Below are positions 24,240 through 34,283 of a stretch of 34,580 nucleotides of DNA, piece by piece. Numbering within the stretch: the stretch's first letter is position 1; each line of letters opens with the position of its first letter. Origin of the DNA: Candidatus Methanomethylicia archaeon (GTDB lineage: Archaea; Thermoproteota; Methanomethylicia; Culexarchaeales; Culexarchaeaceae); NCBI GenBank assembly GCA_038727515.1, contig JAVYVS010000007.1:1-34580 (forward strand). The letters run 5' to 3'. A program made the position numbers and the translations under genes. The notes under the pieces were generated by a model. That model had not been told where the DNA came from. It was given only the letters and a program-made list of their open reading frames with translations, and did no database searches.

Positions 24240-26102
24240 TCACTTTTTACTCCTCTTATTTTCGATTGTTGTTATACTTTCCTTTATTGTTGGAATTATT
24301 TTTGATGATATCTCAAAGCTTTTATCTCTAACCTTTATATACTGGCTTTTAAAGTATTTCCTAGCATCATTTAAAACTTCTTCAGACTTCTTTTCTCCAC
24401 TAGCTACTTGCATAAACATTTTCTCCATAAATCCACGGACTTCAGGTTTAATTAATTCTGGTGCAACTTCATTTAATGCTTCTATCAATTTTTTCCCTAA
24501 TGGTGTTGGTATACACCTCTTATTTTCAATATACATATAACCTCTCTCTATGTTATTATGTATATGATCTTGTTTTGTAGCATCAGTTCCTATCTCATAT
24601 TCCTCCATGAGTTTAAGTAATTGTTCTTCTGATAGGTATGGTGGTGGTTCTGTTTCGCCTTCATGTATTTCCAATCTTTCAACTTTAACTATATCTCCAA
24701 TTCTTAATTCTGGTATATATTCTTCTTCAATTGTTTCGAATGGATATATTTCTAGATATCCCAATTCCATTATTACTTGTCCTCTCAATGTAAATTCTTC
24801 TCCTCCAATACTTAAATCAACTCTTATGTTCTGTATTTCTGCATCTCTACTTAATGTAGCTAGGAAATGTCTAACTATTAAATCATATATTTGCCAACCC
24901 CTTCTTCCAAATTTCCCTATGATTTCTTCTTTTAAAGCTGATTTCGTTGGATGTATTGGTGGATGAGCTTTATCATCCTTCAAACCTTTAGTAGGTTTAA
25001 TTACCTTTGCACTTAATATTTTACTTGCGTATCCACCATATTCTGGGTGATTAATGAATAATTTTAATTTCCCCTTTAAATCTAGATTTTCACTATAAAT
25101 TTCAGTTTCAGTTCTTGGATAACTGATATATCCCGCTCTATACAGTTCTTCAGCTATATCAAGTGTATTTTTAGCTCTAATATTTAGGAATCTACTGGCT
25201 CTAGCTTCAAGTTCTAATGTTGATAATGGTTTTGGAGGCTTCTTCTTAACGGTTGAAGTTTTATATCCAATAACCTTTGCTTCTCTAATTTTCGATATTT
25301 TATCATATAATTGTTTGGCTATTTTCTGATCTTTAATTCTACCTTTGGCATGCTCTGCCTTATAATATGCTCCATATATTTCTATTATTGCTTGTAGAAT
25401 GTAAAATTTCTCTGGAGTGAATTTCTCCCTTTCCCATGCTCTTTCCACAACTAAGTATAGTGTAGGACTTTGACATGGTCCATAGCTTAGAAATCTACCG
25501 TAGGGTAAAACCTTTGGATTTATTCTTCTAACACTATTTGTTAAAAGTCTTGTGAATGCTGCACCAATTATTAAATCTGTTTTCATCCTGGTAAAGCATT
25601 TTTCAGCTAGTAACGCATTGGGTTCTATAGGTTTTTTCACAGCATCTATAAGTTCATCTTTAACCGTGGAATTAAACCATAAACGCTTGAATTTAGCATA
25701 TGGATTTACACTTTTAACAATATCCATAACTTCAAAACATATGCTTTCCCCTTCAACATCTGCATCTAAAGCTAGATAAACTGTCTCTGCATTTCTCGCT
25801 AATCTTTTTAAAGCTTCCATATATGGTTTTGAAGTTTCCTCTACAATTCTTATAGGCTCAATTTCAAATAATACCTCTGGATCTACTTCACTCCAAGAAT
25901 TATATTTAGTTTCAAAATCATAATTGAATATGTGACCCTTCAATCCTATGGAGATGAATTTTTCACCATTAAAATTGAATTCGAAAACCTTTACATTCCT
26001 AATCTTCCAAACTCTATAATTACCATTACCTAAAGCATTAGCAAAAGCTTCAGCTACAGAGGGCTTCTCAGCCACTATAAGATTATACACTTCCAAACTC
26101 AT
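24240..26102 (-). CDS. topA: Type IA DNA topoisomerase, Topo III-like
   Basis: TOPRIM IVAEKPSVA, LDADVEGE, LSYGPCQSPTL (Topo III-type), catalytic ISYPRT, AHPPIHPT, IGTDAT; no C-terminal Zn fingers. Confidence 0.95.
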   Translation of the reverse strand: MSLEVYNLIVAEKPSVAEAFANALGNGNYRVWKIRNVKVFEFNFNGEKFISIGLKGHIFNYDFETKYNSWSEVDPEVLFEIEPIRIVEETSKPYMEALKRLARNAETVYLALDADVEGESICFEVMDIVKSVNPYAKFKRLWFNSTVKDELIDAVKKPIEPNALLAEKCFTRMKTDLIIGAAFTRLLTNSVRRINPKVLPYGRFLSYGPCQSPTLYLVVERAWEREKFTPEKFYILQAIIEIYGAYYKAEHAKGRIKDQKIAKQLYDKISKIREAKVIGYKTSTVKKKPPKPLSTLELEARASRFLNIRAKNTLDIAEELYRAGYISYPRTETEIYSENLDLKGKLKLFINHPEYGGYASKILSAKVIKPTKGLKDDKAHPPIHPTKSALKEEIIGKFGRRGWQIYDLIVRHFLATLSRDAEIQNIRVDLSIGGEEFTLRGQVIMELGYLEIYPFETIEEEYIPELRIGDIVKVERLEIHEGETEPPPYLSEEQLLKLMEEYEIGTDATKQDHIHNNIERGYMYIENKRCIPTPLGKKLIEALNEVAPELIKPEVRGFMEKMFMQVASGEKKSEEVLNDARKYFKSQYIKVRDKSFEISSKIIPTIKESITTIENKRSKK

Positions 26103-26110
26103 AGAATCAC

Positions 26111-26959
26111 TTAAAAGGTTAAATCTCCACCTTCTCCCCGTCTAAGTTTTTCAGATAAACCAGGTTTTTCAGGTATGATTGGGATATTCTCAAATATACA
26201 ATTGTAGCCAAGCTTTATTAAACTCATATATTTCGCTGAAGCTTCTTCATCTAAATTCCACCTATAACCCCTAATTATGACCACTGGAACTCTCTCCACA
26301 GTTTGACCTATGGCAAGTTCAGCTGCAGCTGCAAGTTCATCACCAATAGCTTGCATCTTAAACCTCAATCTATAACCATATGCATCAGTTAAACCTTTAT
26401 AATCCATAATTGGATTTAAACCGGAAATTCCAATAGCCATATCAATCTGAGCATATCTATGAGGCCTACTATAAGTGTCACTAATAACAACAGCAATCTT
26501 CTTAACTCCACTTAATTCCACAAGCCTATTTCTAATCTTCCTTGCTTCTTCATCAGGATCCCTTGGCAATAAAGCACAAATATCTTCACTACCAGCAACA
26601 TTAGACCTATCAACACCAGCATTCAAACATATATGTCCAAAATGTGTTTCAGTAATAATAAATGGAGGTTTAACAGCTAAAATCCTCTTAGCTTCACGCA
26701 ATATAACTTCAACAAACCTTGGATCTTTACCAGTCATCTCACCAATTTCAATAGCCTTCTCACTGGGAGTAACAGTCTTTAAATCAACAATTAAACCATT
26801 AGCTTTACTAACAATCTTATGAGTAACAACAATTATATCCCCCTCCATAATACCAACACCCTCCCTCAAAGCAGCTTCATATATGTGTTTAGCAACATCA
26901 TCACCAACTTTAACCTCAGGAATGCTGCTCAAACCAATAAGCTCAATTTTAGTAGTCAA
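26111..26959 (-). CDS. cofE: Coenzyme F420-0:L-glutamate ligase
   Basis: IPEVKVGDD, VVTHKIVSK, NAGVDRSN, LLPRDPD, ISDTYSRP and DELAAAA motifs. Confidence 0.92.
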   Translation of the reverse strand: MTTKIELIGLSSIPEVKVGDDVAKHIYEAALREGVGIMEGDIIVVTHKIVSKANGLIVDLKTVTPSEKAIEIGEMTGKDPRFVEVILREAKRILAVKPPFIITETHFGHICLNAGVDRSNVAGSEDICALLPRDPDEEARKIRNRLVELSGVKKIAVVISDTYSRPHRYAQIDMAIGISGLNPIMDYKGLTDAYGYRLRFKMQAIGDELAAAAELAIGQTVERVPVVIIRGYRWNLDEEASAKYMSLIKLGYNCIFENIPIIPEKPGLSEKLRRGEGGDLTF

Positions 26960-27061
26960 AGTAGATACACCCCAAACAAACTACAAAAACCAATTTAAAA
27001 CGTTTCCCACACATAAAATCCATTAACAACCTTAATTAATAAACCTTCACCATAACTAAAT

Positions 27062-27496
27062 TTATACGGCTAAATTATAAAATTCCTTGAAAAACTTTAA
27101 ACAATATTCATATACGTATCTAGCGTTATCTAACGCTTCTCTTGCATCATCTTCATTAAAAATTTCACTTGGAGTTTTACCCAAACTTTCAATGCCATAA
27201 AGACTTGGACCCCTTTTTTGTGCTAAATCCATTGAAATATACCTAAACTTTTCTATGTGTTTATGAAGCCACTCTGGAAATCTATCTCTATGAAGGTCAA
27301 CAACATCTCCAACATCATGAACCCTTGGATATTCAATACCCACAATCCTTAAAATCGCCTTCAAAGATAATTCTACACACTCCTGTGAATATCTGATAAC
27401 CTCAGGATAAGCACCTCTAGACATAGCTGATGATGCATCCAAAATCCTATTCCTAGCTCTCTCCAAATAATCCTTTGCTAAAGCATTCATCCTCAA
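27062..27496 (-). CDS. HEPN-domain protein (toxin partner of MNT)
   Basis: SQECVELSLKAIL, PRVHDV, KRGPSLYG and DDAREAL motifs. Start probably TTG 27496 or ATG 27490 after a GGGGGAGG RBS. Confidence 0.9.
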   Translation of the reverse strand: MRMNALAKDYLERARNRILDASSAMSRGAYPEVIRYSQECVELSLKAILRIVGIEYPRVHDVGDVVDLHRDRFPEWLHKHIEKFRYISMDLAQKRGPSLYGIESLGKTPSEIFNEDDAREALDNARYVYEYCLKFFKEFYNLAV

Positions 27497-27522
27497 ATTA
27501 TAACAGCCTCCCCCCATTTTAC

Positions 27523-28224
27523 TTAAGACTTCAACCTCCAAAACCATTTACCATTAGGCAAAACAACCTTCTCAGCACCCAATTCACTTAGCTTCTTTGC
27601 AAATCCCTCCAAAATCTTTTTAAAGAAATCATTCTTATCATAAATTAAAATTGAATTATCAATCATATCAAGATAAACAGGTTGTATAATAGATGCTTCA
27701 TCCGGAGTTAAAACGATAAATTCAATATTACAGAATATCCCTTTTTCCCTCCACAACCACAATTTAACTTCCCTCACATCATCTAAAATCTCAATTACTT
27801 GACGAATCCTCTCAGAATACTTTTCAGGAAGTCCTTTAACTATCACCAACACATCTAAATCACTATTGGGTTTAGCTTCACCCCTAGCAATAGAACCAAA
27901 TATCACCATTGAAACTAACCTTCCATCAAATCTCTCAAAAACTCTACCAGCCACCATTAAGATCAAAGGTAAATACTCCCTCTGACGCAGTTTATCTTCC
28001 CATGAACCTCTTAAAACCATAGAATATGGGCTAAGGACAATATAAACCCCCCTCCCAAATCTTAATATCCACCCCAATTTACAAAGCTCAGACAATACTA
28101 CTCTAACAAGTTTTCCATCTAAATTAAGAGAAGAATAAGCTTCATCAATTGTAAATGGTCTATAGGGATAAGCTTTAAACAATTTAAAATAGTTTTCACC
28201 CAACCATCTTGGAAGATAATTCAT
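27523..28224 (-). CDS. Minimal nucleotidyltransferase (MNT) antitoxin with an N-terminal winged-helix extension
   Basis: FGSIARGE..PNSDLDVLVIV Pol-beta motif; N-terminal FTIDEA...LSELCKLGWILRFGRGVY wHTH; directly upstream of HEPN. Confidence 0.9.
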   Translation of the reverse strand: MNYLPRWLGENYFKLFKAYPYRPFTIDEAYSSLNLDGKLVRVVLSELCKLGWILRFGRGVYIVLSPYSMVLRGSWEDKLRQREYLPLILMVAGRVFERFDGRLVSMVIFGSIARGEAKPNSDLDVLVIVKGLPEKYSERIRQVIEILDDVREVKLWLWREKGIFCNIEFIVLTPDEASIIQPVYLDMIDNSILIYDKNDFFKKILEGFAKKLSELGAEKVVLPNGKWFWRLKS

Positions 28225-28344
28225 AATAAGCCCTTAACTAATAATAAACATAAAACTAACATATAGCATTTTCCACCCTTTATTCTCTCCTTATGTTTAA
28301 GAACATTTTTATTGCCTTTTTCCCATTATCTGTCATTAGTGTAA

Positions 28345-28615
28345 GGCTACACCCTAAATCTAACATACTATGAATTGGGAAATGCCATATGGAAGCAAAT
28401 CTACCTATACGGAAATTAAACCTTGAAAACTAAACCAGAATAAAAACATTAATAGAATTAATAAAACACTATAGAAATTTAGATCGCACAATAAAAGATG
28501 GATTAACATGTTAGGATGCAGCATACTCTAAACAGCAATAAGTGGGAGCCTTACACCAAATAACAAATGACAAAAACTCTATAAAATAAGCAAAATCAAT
28601 AACCACAAAAATTAT
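28345..28615 (+). pseudogene. Decayed PIN-domain (VapC-like) toxin remnant
   Basis: Fragments GYTLNLTYYELGNAIWKQIYLYG (28345-28413), IKDGLTC*DAAY (28491-28526) and ITNDK.. are in PIN-domain order but broken by stops and frameshifts; N-terminus missing. Confidence 0.75.
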
Positions 28616-28763
28616 GAAATAAACAATTAAACCAAAATCATCATAAACTTAACTCATAGAATCATCACTAAGATCATAACTCCCTTAAATCTAAATAACA
28701 CCCACTCATAAATACTACTCAGATTTAAATCCTAAATTCCACAATAAACTTATTGGTATACCC

Positions 28764-28997
28764 ATGTGGAGACTAAGACTTGTTAGATGGTTACTATCAA
28801 AACTTCTAGGAGGCTTATACATATGCATACTCCTATACTGGATATTCCCAATACTAAAACTAGACTGGAAAACCATGCCATTCTGGGAATTCTACTCATG
28901 GATAACCACAACACTACTCATAGCAGGAATAACAGCACACCTACTCATAACACCACCAAAACTCCCAACACTCAAAAAAACTAAACAAAAAAGTTAA
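28764..28997 (+). CDS. Small hypothetical membrane protein (2 TM)
   Basis: 77-aa ORF with two hydrophobic segments, basic termini, consistent A-ending codons and an upstream TTTAAA. Confidence 0.6.
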   Translation: MWRLRLVRWLLSKLLGGLYICILLYWIFPILKLDWKTMPFWEFYSWITTTLLIAGITAHLLITPPKLPTLKKTKQKS

Positions 28998-29180
28998 ACT
29001 AAATTAACATTCATAATAAACATATATAAACAAAAAAACCATTAAAACTTAAAAATAGAAAACATTAACCAAAATTAACTCAATTCCAATCCTACAAAAA
29101 ACCAATGTGAGAACAACCCTTAAAAACTTAAAAAACACAAATTTATACAACAAACCCAAAAATTAAAGGAGAGAATATAC

Positions 29181-32100
29181 ATGAGTAACAAAAAACTACT
29201 CCTAATAACCTTAATACTACTAGCAACAATACTCGTAGCATTACCAACAGAAACAAGTGTAGCAGCAACAACAGAAGCAAAATTAGCATTAAGATTCGTA
29301 GACCAAAGAGGCAGCGCATTAAAAAATGCATACGTAATTGTGTACAATAAAACTGCAAATAAACTCTTATTTGAGGGTAGGACTGATAGTAAAGGTTGGC
29401 TAAATGTAACCATACCAAAACCAATAGATGGAACAACATACAATATGACTGTATGGTGGGATCCACTAGGTACTGACGCCTTCATGGTATATGAAAATAC
29501 TACAATACCTGCAGTTGGTTTAAGGAATGCCCCCACAGAATCTCCAAAGGGTCACAACTGCACTAAGGGTGGATACATAGTAGCTGCTGTACAAGTAGTA
29601 TTATTCTCAGCCCTTAACTATAATGGTTCAGAATACTTAGACTACTATGACACCACCTTCTACTACAACTACAGTACATACAAATACTCCGTCTCAGGTA
29701 AGCCTGCAAAGAATATTGAAGCACGAGTTCCATATGATGTTAGATGGACTACACAAGCAAATTGGACCATGAGAATTTACTGGGACTTAGAATATCTCAA
29801 AATGATCACGCATATTTATTACAATGTTTCGAGCTTTAATATTTGGCCAGTTGGAACATATGCCAACTTCACAATAACCAGAACTCTTGCACTTACAACT
29901 TTGCCTTATGGCTTATCAGCTGCTAAACCAACTAAAGTTTTAACAATAAATGTTACAACGAATGTTTACCCATTAAAATTGCAGCTCAAAGATTGGTTTG
30001 GTAATCCACTAAATGCTACCAGTGGTTATGGTATTGCCAAAGTTATTTTACATGATAAAAGCGATCCATCAAAACTACTTGCAACCTCAATAGCAATTTC
30101 AAATGGCAGTGTAAGTATCCCACAATACCCAAATGTTTCCTCCACAGTAGTTGTATACTGGTTAACTCATGAAATAACTGTTAACTCTACTGACGTAGGT
30201 GATCCCTCCGATTATGCTACAACTCCCTTAGAATTACGTTGTAAACTTGTACCAACAAGTATAACTCTAAAGGATAGGAGACCTTCACCAAGCATTTTAG
30301 CTGAAGCTAAAGTTTATGTTACATGGCCAAACCTATTAACACATGATACGAGGAGTGATCTTGCTGGCATAGTTCAATTACCTCCATATAGCGTTGATGC
30401 TCAGAGAGATTCCTTACCCACAGGCTTTAATGCGACTGGAGTTATTCATGGTTCAGGCTATCTACCGGATGGTGAAACTAAGATTGATGTTTATTGGAGC
30501 ATAACACCAGAACAACCAGCCTCATGGGTTAATGTTAAGAGTGCAAAGTTTAATGTTAAGATGATCTCCAATGCCACTGGTAGATATGCAGAACTTTATG
30601 TTGATGGCAAAAAGGTTAAAACTATTGGTGTATATGGTAGCACTAACAAAAGAGTGTTAACATACGATTTGATTTGTGACGTTTTTGATGCTATGCTAAA
30701 CGTTGTGGACATTAATGGTAATCCTCTTAAGGGTTCAACTGTTGTTCTCCAGCATCCAACTGGTGCTGTTTCATTGATTACCGCATCTCCTGGTGGTGCA
30801 CTCTCACTGGTGCAGGTTCCAGGTGGAGATTGGCGTGTCTCAGTAGTTTACAAGAATGTTTGGTTCAAACCCTATGATATGAGTGATGTATTCAGTATAA
30901 CAACAAACATTTATAGTGCTGTGACATTTAAATTCCCATATGTTAACGCAAGCCTTAACTTTGTTAAGTGGGGTTCAGATACATTCGTTATTGAAGGATT
31001 AAACGTAACTTTAAGTTGGACTGGAAACGCAACAATAACTGGTGCAACTGGAACATACAAAGAATCTTGGCAGACAACCAGAGAGAAAGGTTGGGCAAAC
31101 TTCACACAAATACCAGTTGGAGTAAAGGTTACAGTTGATGCTTGGGCTAACAAGACTTATAGCCACTTTGGTATTAAAAAGAATATTGATGTAGGCCCAT
31201 ATGAAACTCCAATAACTTTAGCTCCAGAAAACTACGTTGGGAAATTCCATGTGTACATTTATGATGTTAAAGCTGTGTTCTGTGATGCTGCTGGAAATGA
31301 GTTGCCAAGCGAATTACCATACAGTCTTGCAGTAACATTCATGAACTCTACAAAGTGGTCCTATGCCAATTGGACTGAGACCAACAGTCTATTCTATTAC
31401 ACAACTAAGAGTCACATGTATGTTGGTGGAGGCGAATATCTATTAGATGTCTATTGGGCTGGTGTAAGAGTATTCAATGGAACTGTCAAGATTCCAGTGG
31501 AAACCGACCCAGCTAATACATATGCTACAGTGAAACTCAACCTTAGAGTATACCCAGTGAGTTTTGCATTATACAACTGGAAGCACAATACACTGCTAGA
31601 TAAACTAAATGTAACTGTAATGTGGCAAGCATTAAATATGACATGGTTAAATGAAACCAAGGGGGCTAGCAAAGATTTCAAGATCAAAGATGTAGCTACC
31701 CAAATGGCTGAAAAAGTATTTAATACAACAAATGTTGATGCAAAGGAGTTCAAGTTCTATATGGTTACAATAGAGTATTCCACTACAAACTTAGTGTATA
31801 TACCTGTTTGGATGGCAAATACTACTGGTGTAAAGAAGATTGTTGGTACACCCATTAGTATCGTTGTATTAACTATTCCAGGCAAAACTGTTGGTGTACC
31901 AAAAGATGTGAAGAGTAGTGCTGTTGGATCCCTAACATACCTAACAACACCACGCAACATATTCATAAATGGAACATTAACTGGCTGGGAAAACATGGTT
32001 GCTGCTGGTAAGCTTAGGGATGTAGTTAAATCAAAATTAAAGCTAACATACACATTTGACATATTAAACTTCACTGGGGTTACTACGAAATATTCACCTG

Positions 32101-33680
32101 TCTGGAGTTATGATGGTAGTAATATGGTATTTGATTTGAAGGTTGCAGCATATGATATGACTGCTAAAGTCACTGATTGGACTGGCGCTGGTTTAGCAAG
32201 CTACAACGTAGACGTATACTGGAACAAGTCTGTTGGCAAATACTACCTTGTTGCTTCATCATTAACTGATGACACTGGAAAAACTGGTTTCAATACATTG
32301 TTCTGGGGTAATGAAACTAAATACTTGTTCAGAGCTTATCGCAAACCATTGGCTGGTGAACTTCCAGCAGATTTAAGTGTTACTCTAGCTGATGATGTAA
32401 TTGTTTATATTGATCAAGTTGCAAATAAGGATGATATAGTTGTAACACTGAATTTCGCCAATTACATTGGTTTACAAGCTTTAAGTGCTAATGGTAAACC
32501 ATTATACAAGGTATTTGATGGTACACCAAAGTATGGTTTAGTTTACGCCATTAGATACACGCCTGTTAAAGATACTGTTTCCAATACAACTATACCTGCA
32601 GGTACCATTGCAGCCTTCAGATACGTTGACCCCACAGTTGATCCCACTGGCAAAGTCTACATGCCATTTGCATCAACCAAATACAACTATACCATAATGA
32701 TTAGATGGCTTGGTGTCGACGTCTATAACAGCTATGATAAGGAGGTATTCTACAAGATTGTTAAACCAACAGTATTCTACACTGCCTTCACAGATGTATT
32801 TGATGTCACATTTAGATTGACTGACGATGCTGGTAGAAACCTTGCTGGATTGAAGTATACGTTTACTGGTGGCGAGTACAGTGTTGCTGGCGTTACTGGT
32901 ACTGATGGAACCTTCAGTACGGATCTAGTTCCAAGAGGGAGCTACAAGATTACTGCCCTATGGCCAAAGAAGGATATTAAAGTTTTAGATATTGATGTAA
33001 CTGTTACTGGAAATATTGCTGAAATGATTGTTAAATGTAAAGTTTATGATGCAACCATTGTGGTCAAGACTCCAAAGGGTACATTGTTAACTGCAGCTAC
33101 AGTATCAGTTAAATATCCAGATGATACCACTGCAACCGCAACAACTACACCTGCAGGTGAAGTTAAGTTTACACAAATACCCGTTGGCACACTTACTGTT
33201 ACTGGCGTTACATGGCTTGGTAAGAGCATCACAGTAACTCCTGCAAGCTTTACCGTTGATAAAACTGGCGTCTACACGCTTACAACCACAAACGTCTATA
33301 CATTGACCGTCAAGGTTGTTGGCAGTAGGGGGCAAGGTCTAGGTCCAACTGCAGTCACTATTAAAGAACTTGGTATTACTGTTGAGAGTGATGAATCTGG
33401 TGTTGCAAATATAGAGATTCCTGCTGGAACCTACACAGTAGGAGTCAATTACCGTGGTATTGAAGATTCAAAGAGCATATCTGTTACTGCTGATAAAACT
33501 GAAACCTTCGGTTTAGATGTATTTGCAACCATATTCGGTCGTCCATTTAGAACTGCTGAATTCTTCGGTGAACTTGTACTACTACCAATAGTGATCGTCA
33601 TAGTGTTATACTTAATCTTCTATGAGTACACTGCATGGAGAAGAAAGAGATTAGCCGTAGTACCACCAACACAAAAGTAA
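29181..33680 (+). CDS. Large secreted, membrane-anchored glycoprotein; S-layer/cell-surface protein candidate with repeated beta-sandwich domains
   Basis: Signal peptide (MSNKK + hydrophobic + AA), many N-x-S/T sequons, repeated VxDxxGxPL modules, Thr/Val rich, C-terminal TM followed by RRKR; AAGGAG RBS. Confidence 0.85.
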   Translation: MSNKKLLLITLILLATILVALPTETSVAATTEAKLALRFVDQRGSALKNAYVIVYNKTANKLLFEGRTDSKGWLNVTIPKPIDGTTYNMTVWWDPLGTDAFMVYENTTIPAVGLRNAPTESPKGHNCTKGGYIVAAVQVVLFSALNYNGSEYLDYYDTTFYYNYSTYKYSVSGKPAKNIEARVPYDVRWTTQANWTMRIYWDLEYLKMITHIYYNVSSFNIWPVGTYANFTITRTLALTTLPYGLSAAKPTKVLTINVTTNVYPLKLQLKDWFGNPLNATSGYGIAKVILHDKSDPSKLLATSIAISNGSVSIPQYPNVSSTVVVYWLTHEITVNSTDVGDPSDYATTPLELRCKLVPTSITLKDRRPSPSILAEAKVYVTWPNLLTHDTRSDLAGIVQLPPYSVDAQRDSLPTGFNATGVIHGSGYLPDGETKIDVYWSITPEQPASWVNVKSAKFNVKMISNATGRYAELYVDGKKVKTIGVYGSTNKRVLTYDLICDVFDAMLNVVDINGNPLKGSTVVLQHPTGAVSLITASPGGALSLVQVPGGDWRVSVVYKNVWFKPYDMSDVFSITTNIYSAVTFKFPYVNASLNFVKWGSDTFVIEGLNVTLSWTGNATITGATGTYKESWQTTREKGWANFTQIPVGVKVTVDAWANKTYSHFGIKKNIDVGPYETPITLAPENYVGKFHVYIYDVKAVFCDAAGNELPSELPYSLAVTFMNSTKWSYANWTETNSLFYYTTKSHMYVGGGEYLLDVYWAGVRVFNGTVKIPVETDPANTYATVKLNLRVYPVSFALYNWKHNTLLDKLNVTVMWQALNMTWLNETKGASKDFKIKDVATQMAEKVFNTTNVDAKEFKFYMVTIEYSTTNLVYIPVWMANTTGVKKIVGTPISIVVLTIPGKTVGVPKDVKSSAVGSLTYLTTPRNIFINGTLTGWENMVAAGKLRDVVKSKLKLTYTFDILNFTGVTTKYSPVWSYDGSNMVFDLKVAAYDMTAKVTDWTGAGLASYNVDVYWNKSVGKYYLVASSLTDDTGKTGFNTLFWGNETKYLFRAYRKPLAGELPADLSVTLADDVIVYIDQVANKDDIVVTLNFANYIGLQALSANGKPLYKVFDGTPKYGLVYAIRYTPVKDTVSNTTIPAGTIAAFRYVDPTVDPTGKVYMPFASTKYNYTIMIRWLGVDVYNSYDKEVFYKIVKPTVFYTAFTDVFDVTFRLTDDAGRNLAGLKYTFTGGEYSVAGVTGTDGTFSTDLVPRGSYKITALWPKKDIKVLDIDVTVTGNIAEMIVKCKVYDATIVVKTPKGTLLTAATVSVKYPDDTTATATTTPAGEVKFTQIPVGTLTVTGVTWLGKSITVTPASFTVDKTGVYTLTTTNVYTLTVKVVGSRGQGLGPTAVTIKELGITVESDESGVANIEIPAGTYTVGVNYRGIEDSKSISVTADKTETFGLDVFATIFGRPFRTAEFFGELVLLPIVIVIVLYLIFYEYTAWRRKRLAVVPPTQK

Positions 33681-33696
33681 AAACTTTATCCCCAAA

Positions 33697-33726
33697 ATTT
33701 TTTAAATTTTTTATATTTTTGTTTTC
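33697..33726 (+). terminator. Oligo-T archaeal terminator after the surface-protein gene
   Basis: Several T5-T6 runs starting about 17 nt after the stop codon. Confidence 0.55.
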
Positions 33727-33751
33727 TACAATTATATTGGTGTAATTATTT

Positions 33752-34273
33752 TTGCCAAATTTACTCTTATTCATTTATGAATGTAGATTTAAGATAATTC
33801 TAGCTCTTTCACTCCTTGGAATTACATTCCTCATTATCCCTAATATCCGTATAGTTTTACTAGAGTTTGATCATATTGTATATTTCATTGAAACTTTCTA
33901 TATTGGTTTATTCTTCCTCATAAATGTTCTTATCATATTTCTTATTCCAATACTCATACCCCCTAAAAGGGATTTCAAACCTGAAACTATAAGATTATTC
34001 TGTCCAAATTGTGGTTCTAAGCTTATCTTTTCAGAATCTTCACTTAAATGTGTTAATTGCGATTATTCTTTGATTAATGAAGGAGATGTAAAGATTCCAT
34101 TAATGGATCTTGTTTCCATGATTGATCTAGCTTTAACTGGTTGTAGTAGTGTATGTTTGTATGCTCAAAGTATTGGTGAATGTGCCATTGTTAGGAGGTA
34201 TGCTAATAAATTTAATGCTGCTCTTCCAGAGAATTGCCCATATAGAACTATTGAAAAGGAAAAGAAAAAGTAG
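33752..34273 (+). CDS. Hypothetical membrane protein with Zn ribbon and a second Cys cluster
   Basis: Two N-terminal TM segments, CPNCG...CVNC ribbon, then CSSVC...EC...CPY. Confidence 0.7.
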   Translation: MPNLLLFIYECRFKIILALSLLGITFLIIPNIRIVLLEFDHIVYFIETFYIGLFFLINVLIIFLIPILIPPKRDFKPETIRLFCPNCGSKLIFSESSLKCVNCDYSLINEGDVKIPLMDLVSMIDLALTGCSSVCLYAQSIGECAIVRRYANKFNAALPENCPYRTIEKEKKK

Positions 34274-34283
34274 ATGTATTTAT

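Noticed and set aside
28636-28680. Two RTGATGA (C-box-like) motifs on the minus strand
   Set aside because: No correctly spaced CUGA D box or terminal stem; very AT-rich low-complexity context.
28440-29180. CRISPR array or tandem repeats in the A/C-rich region
   Set aside because: No regularly spaced identical repeats. The region is explained by compositional skew, a VapC remnant and a small ORF.
31492-31504. TTCCAGTGGAAAC resembling an archaeal ORB element
   Set aside because: Single copy inside a coding region (IPVET), with no G-string, no adjacent AT-rich unwinding element and no cdc6 gene.
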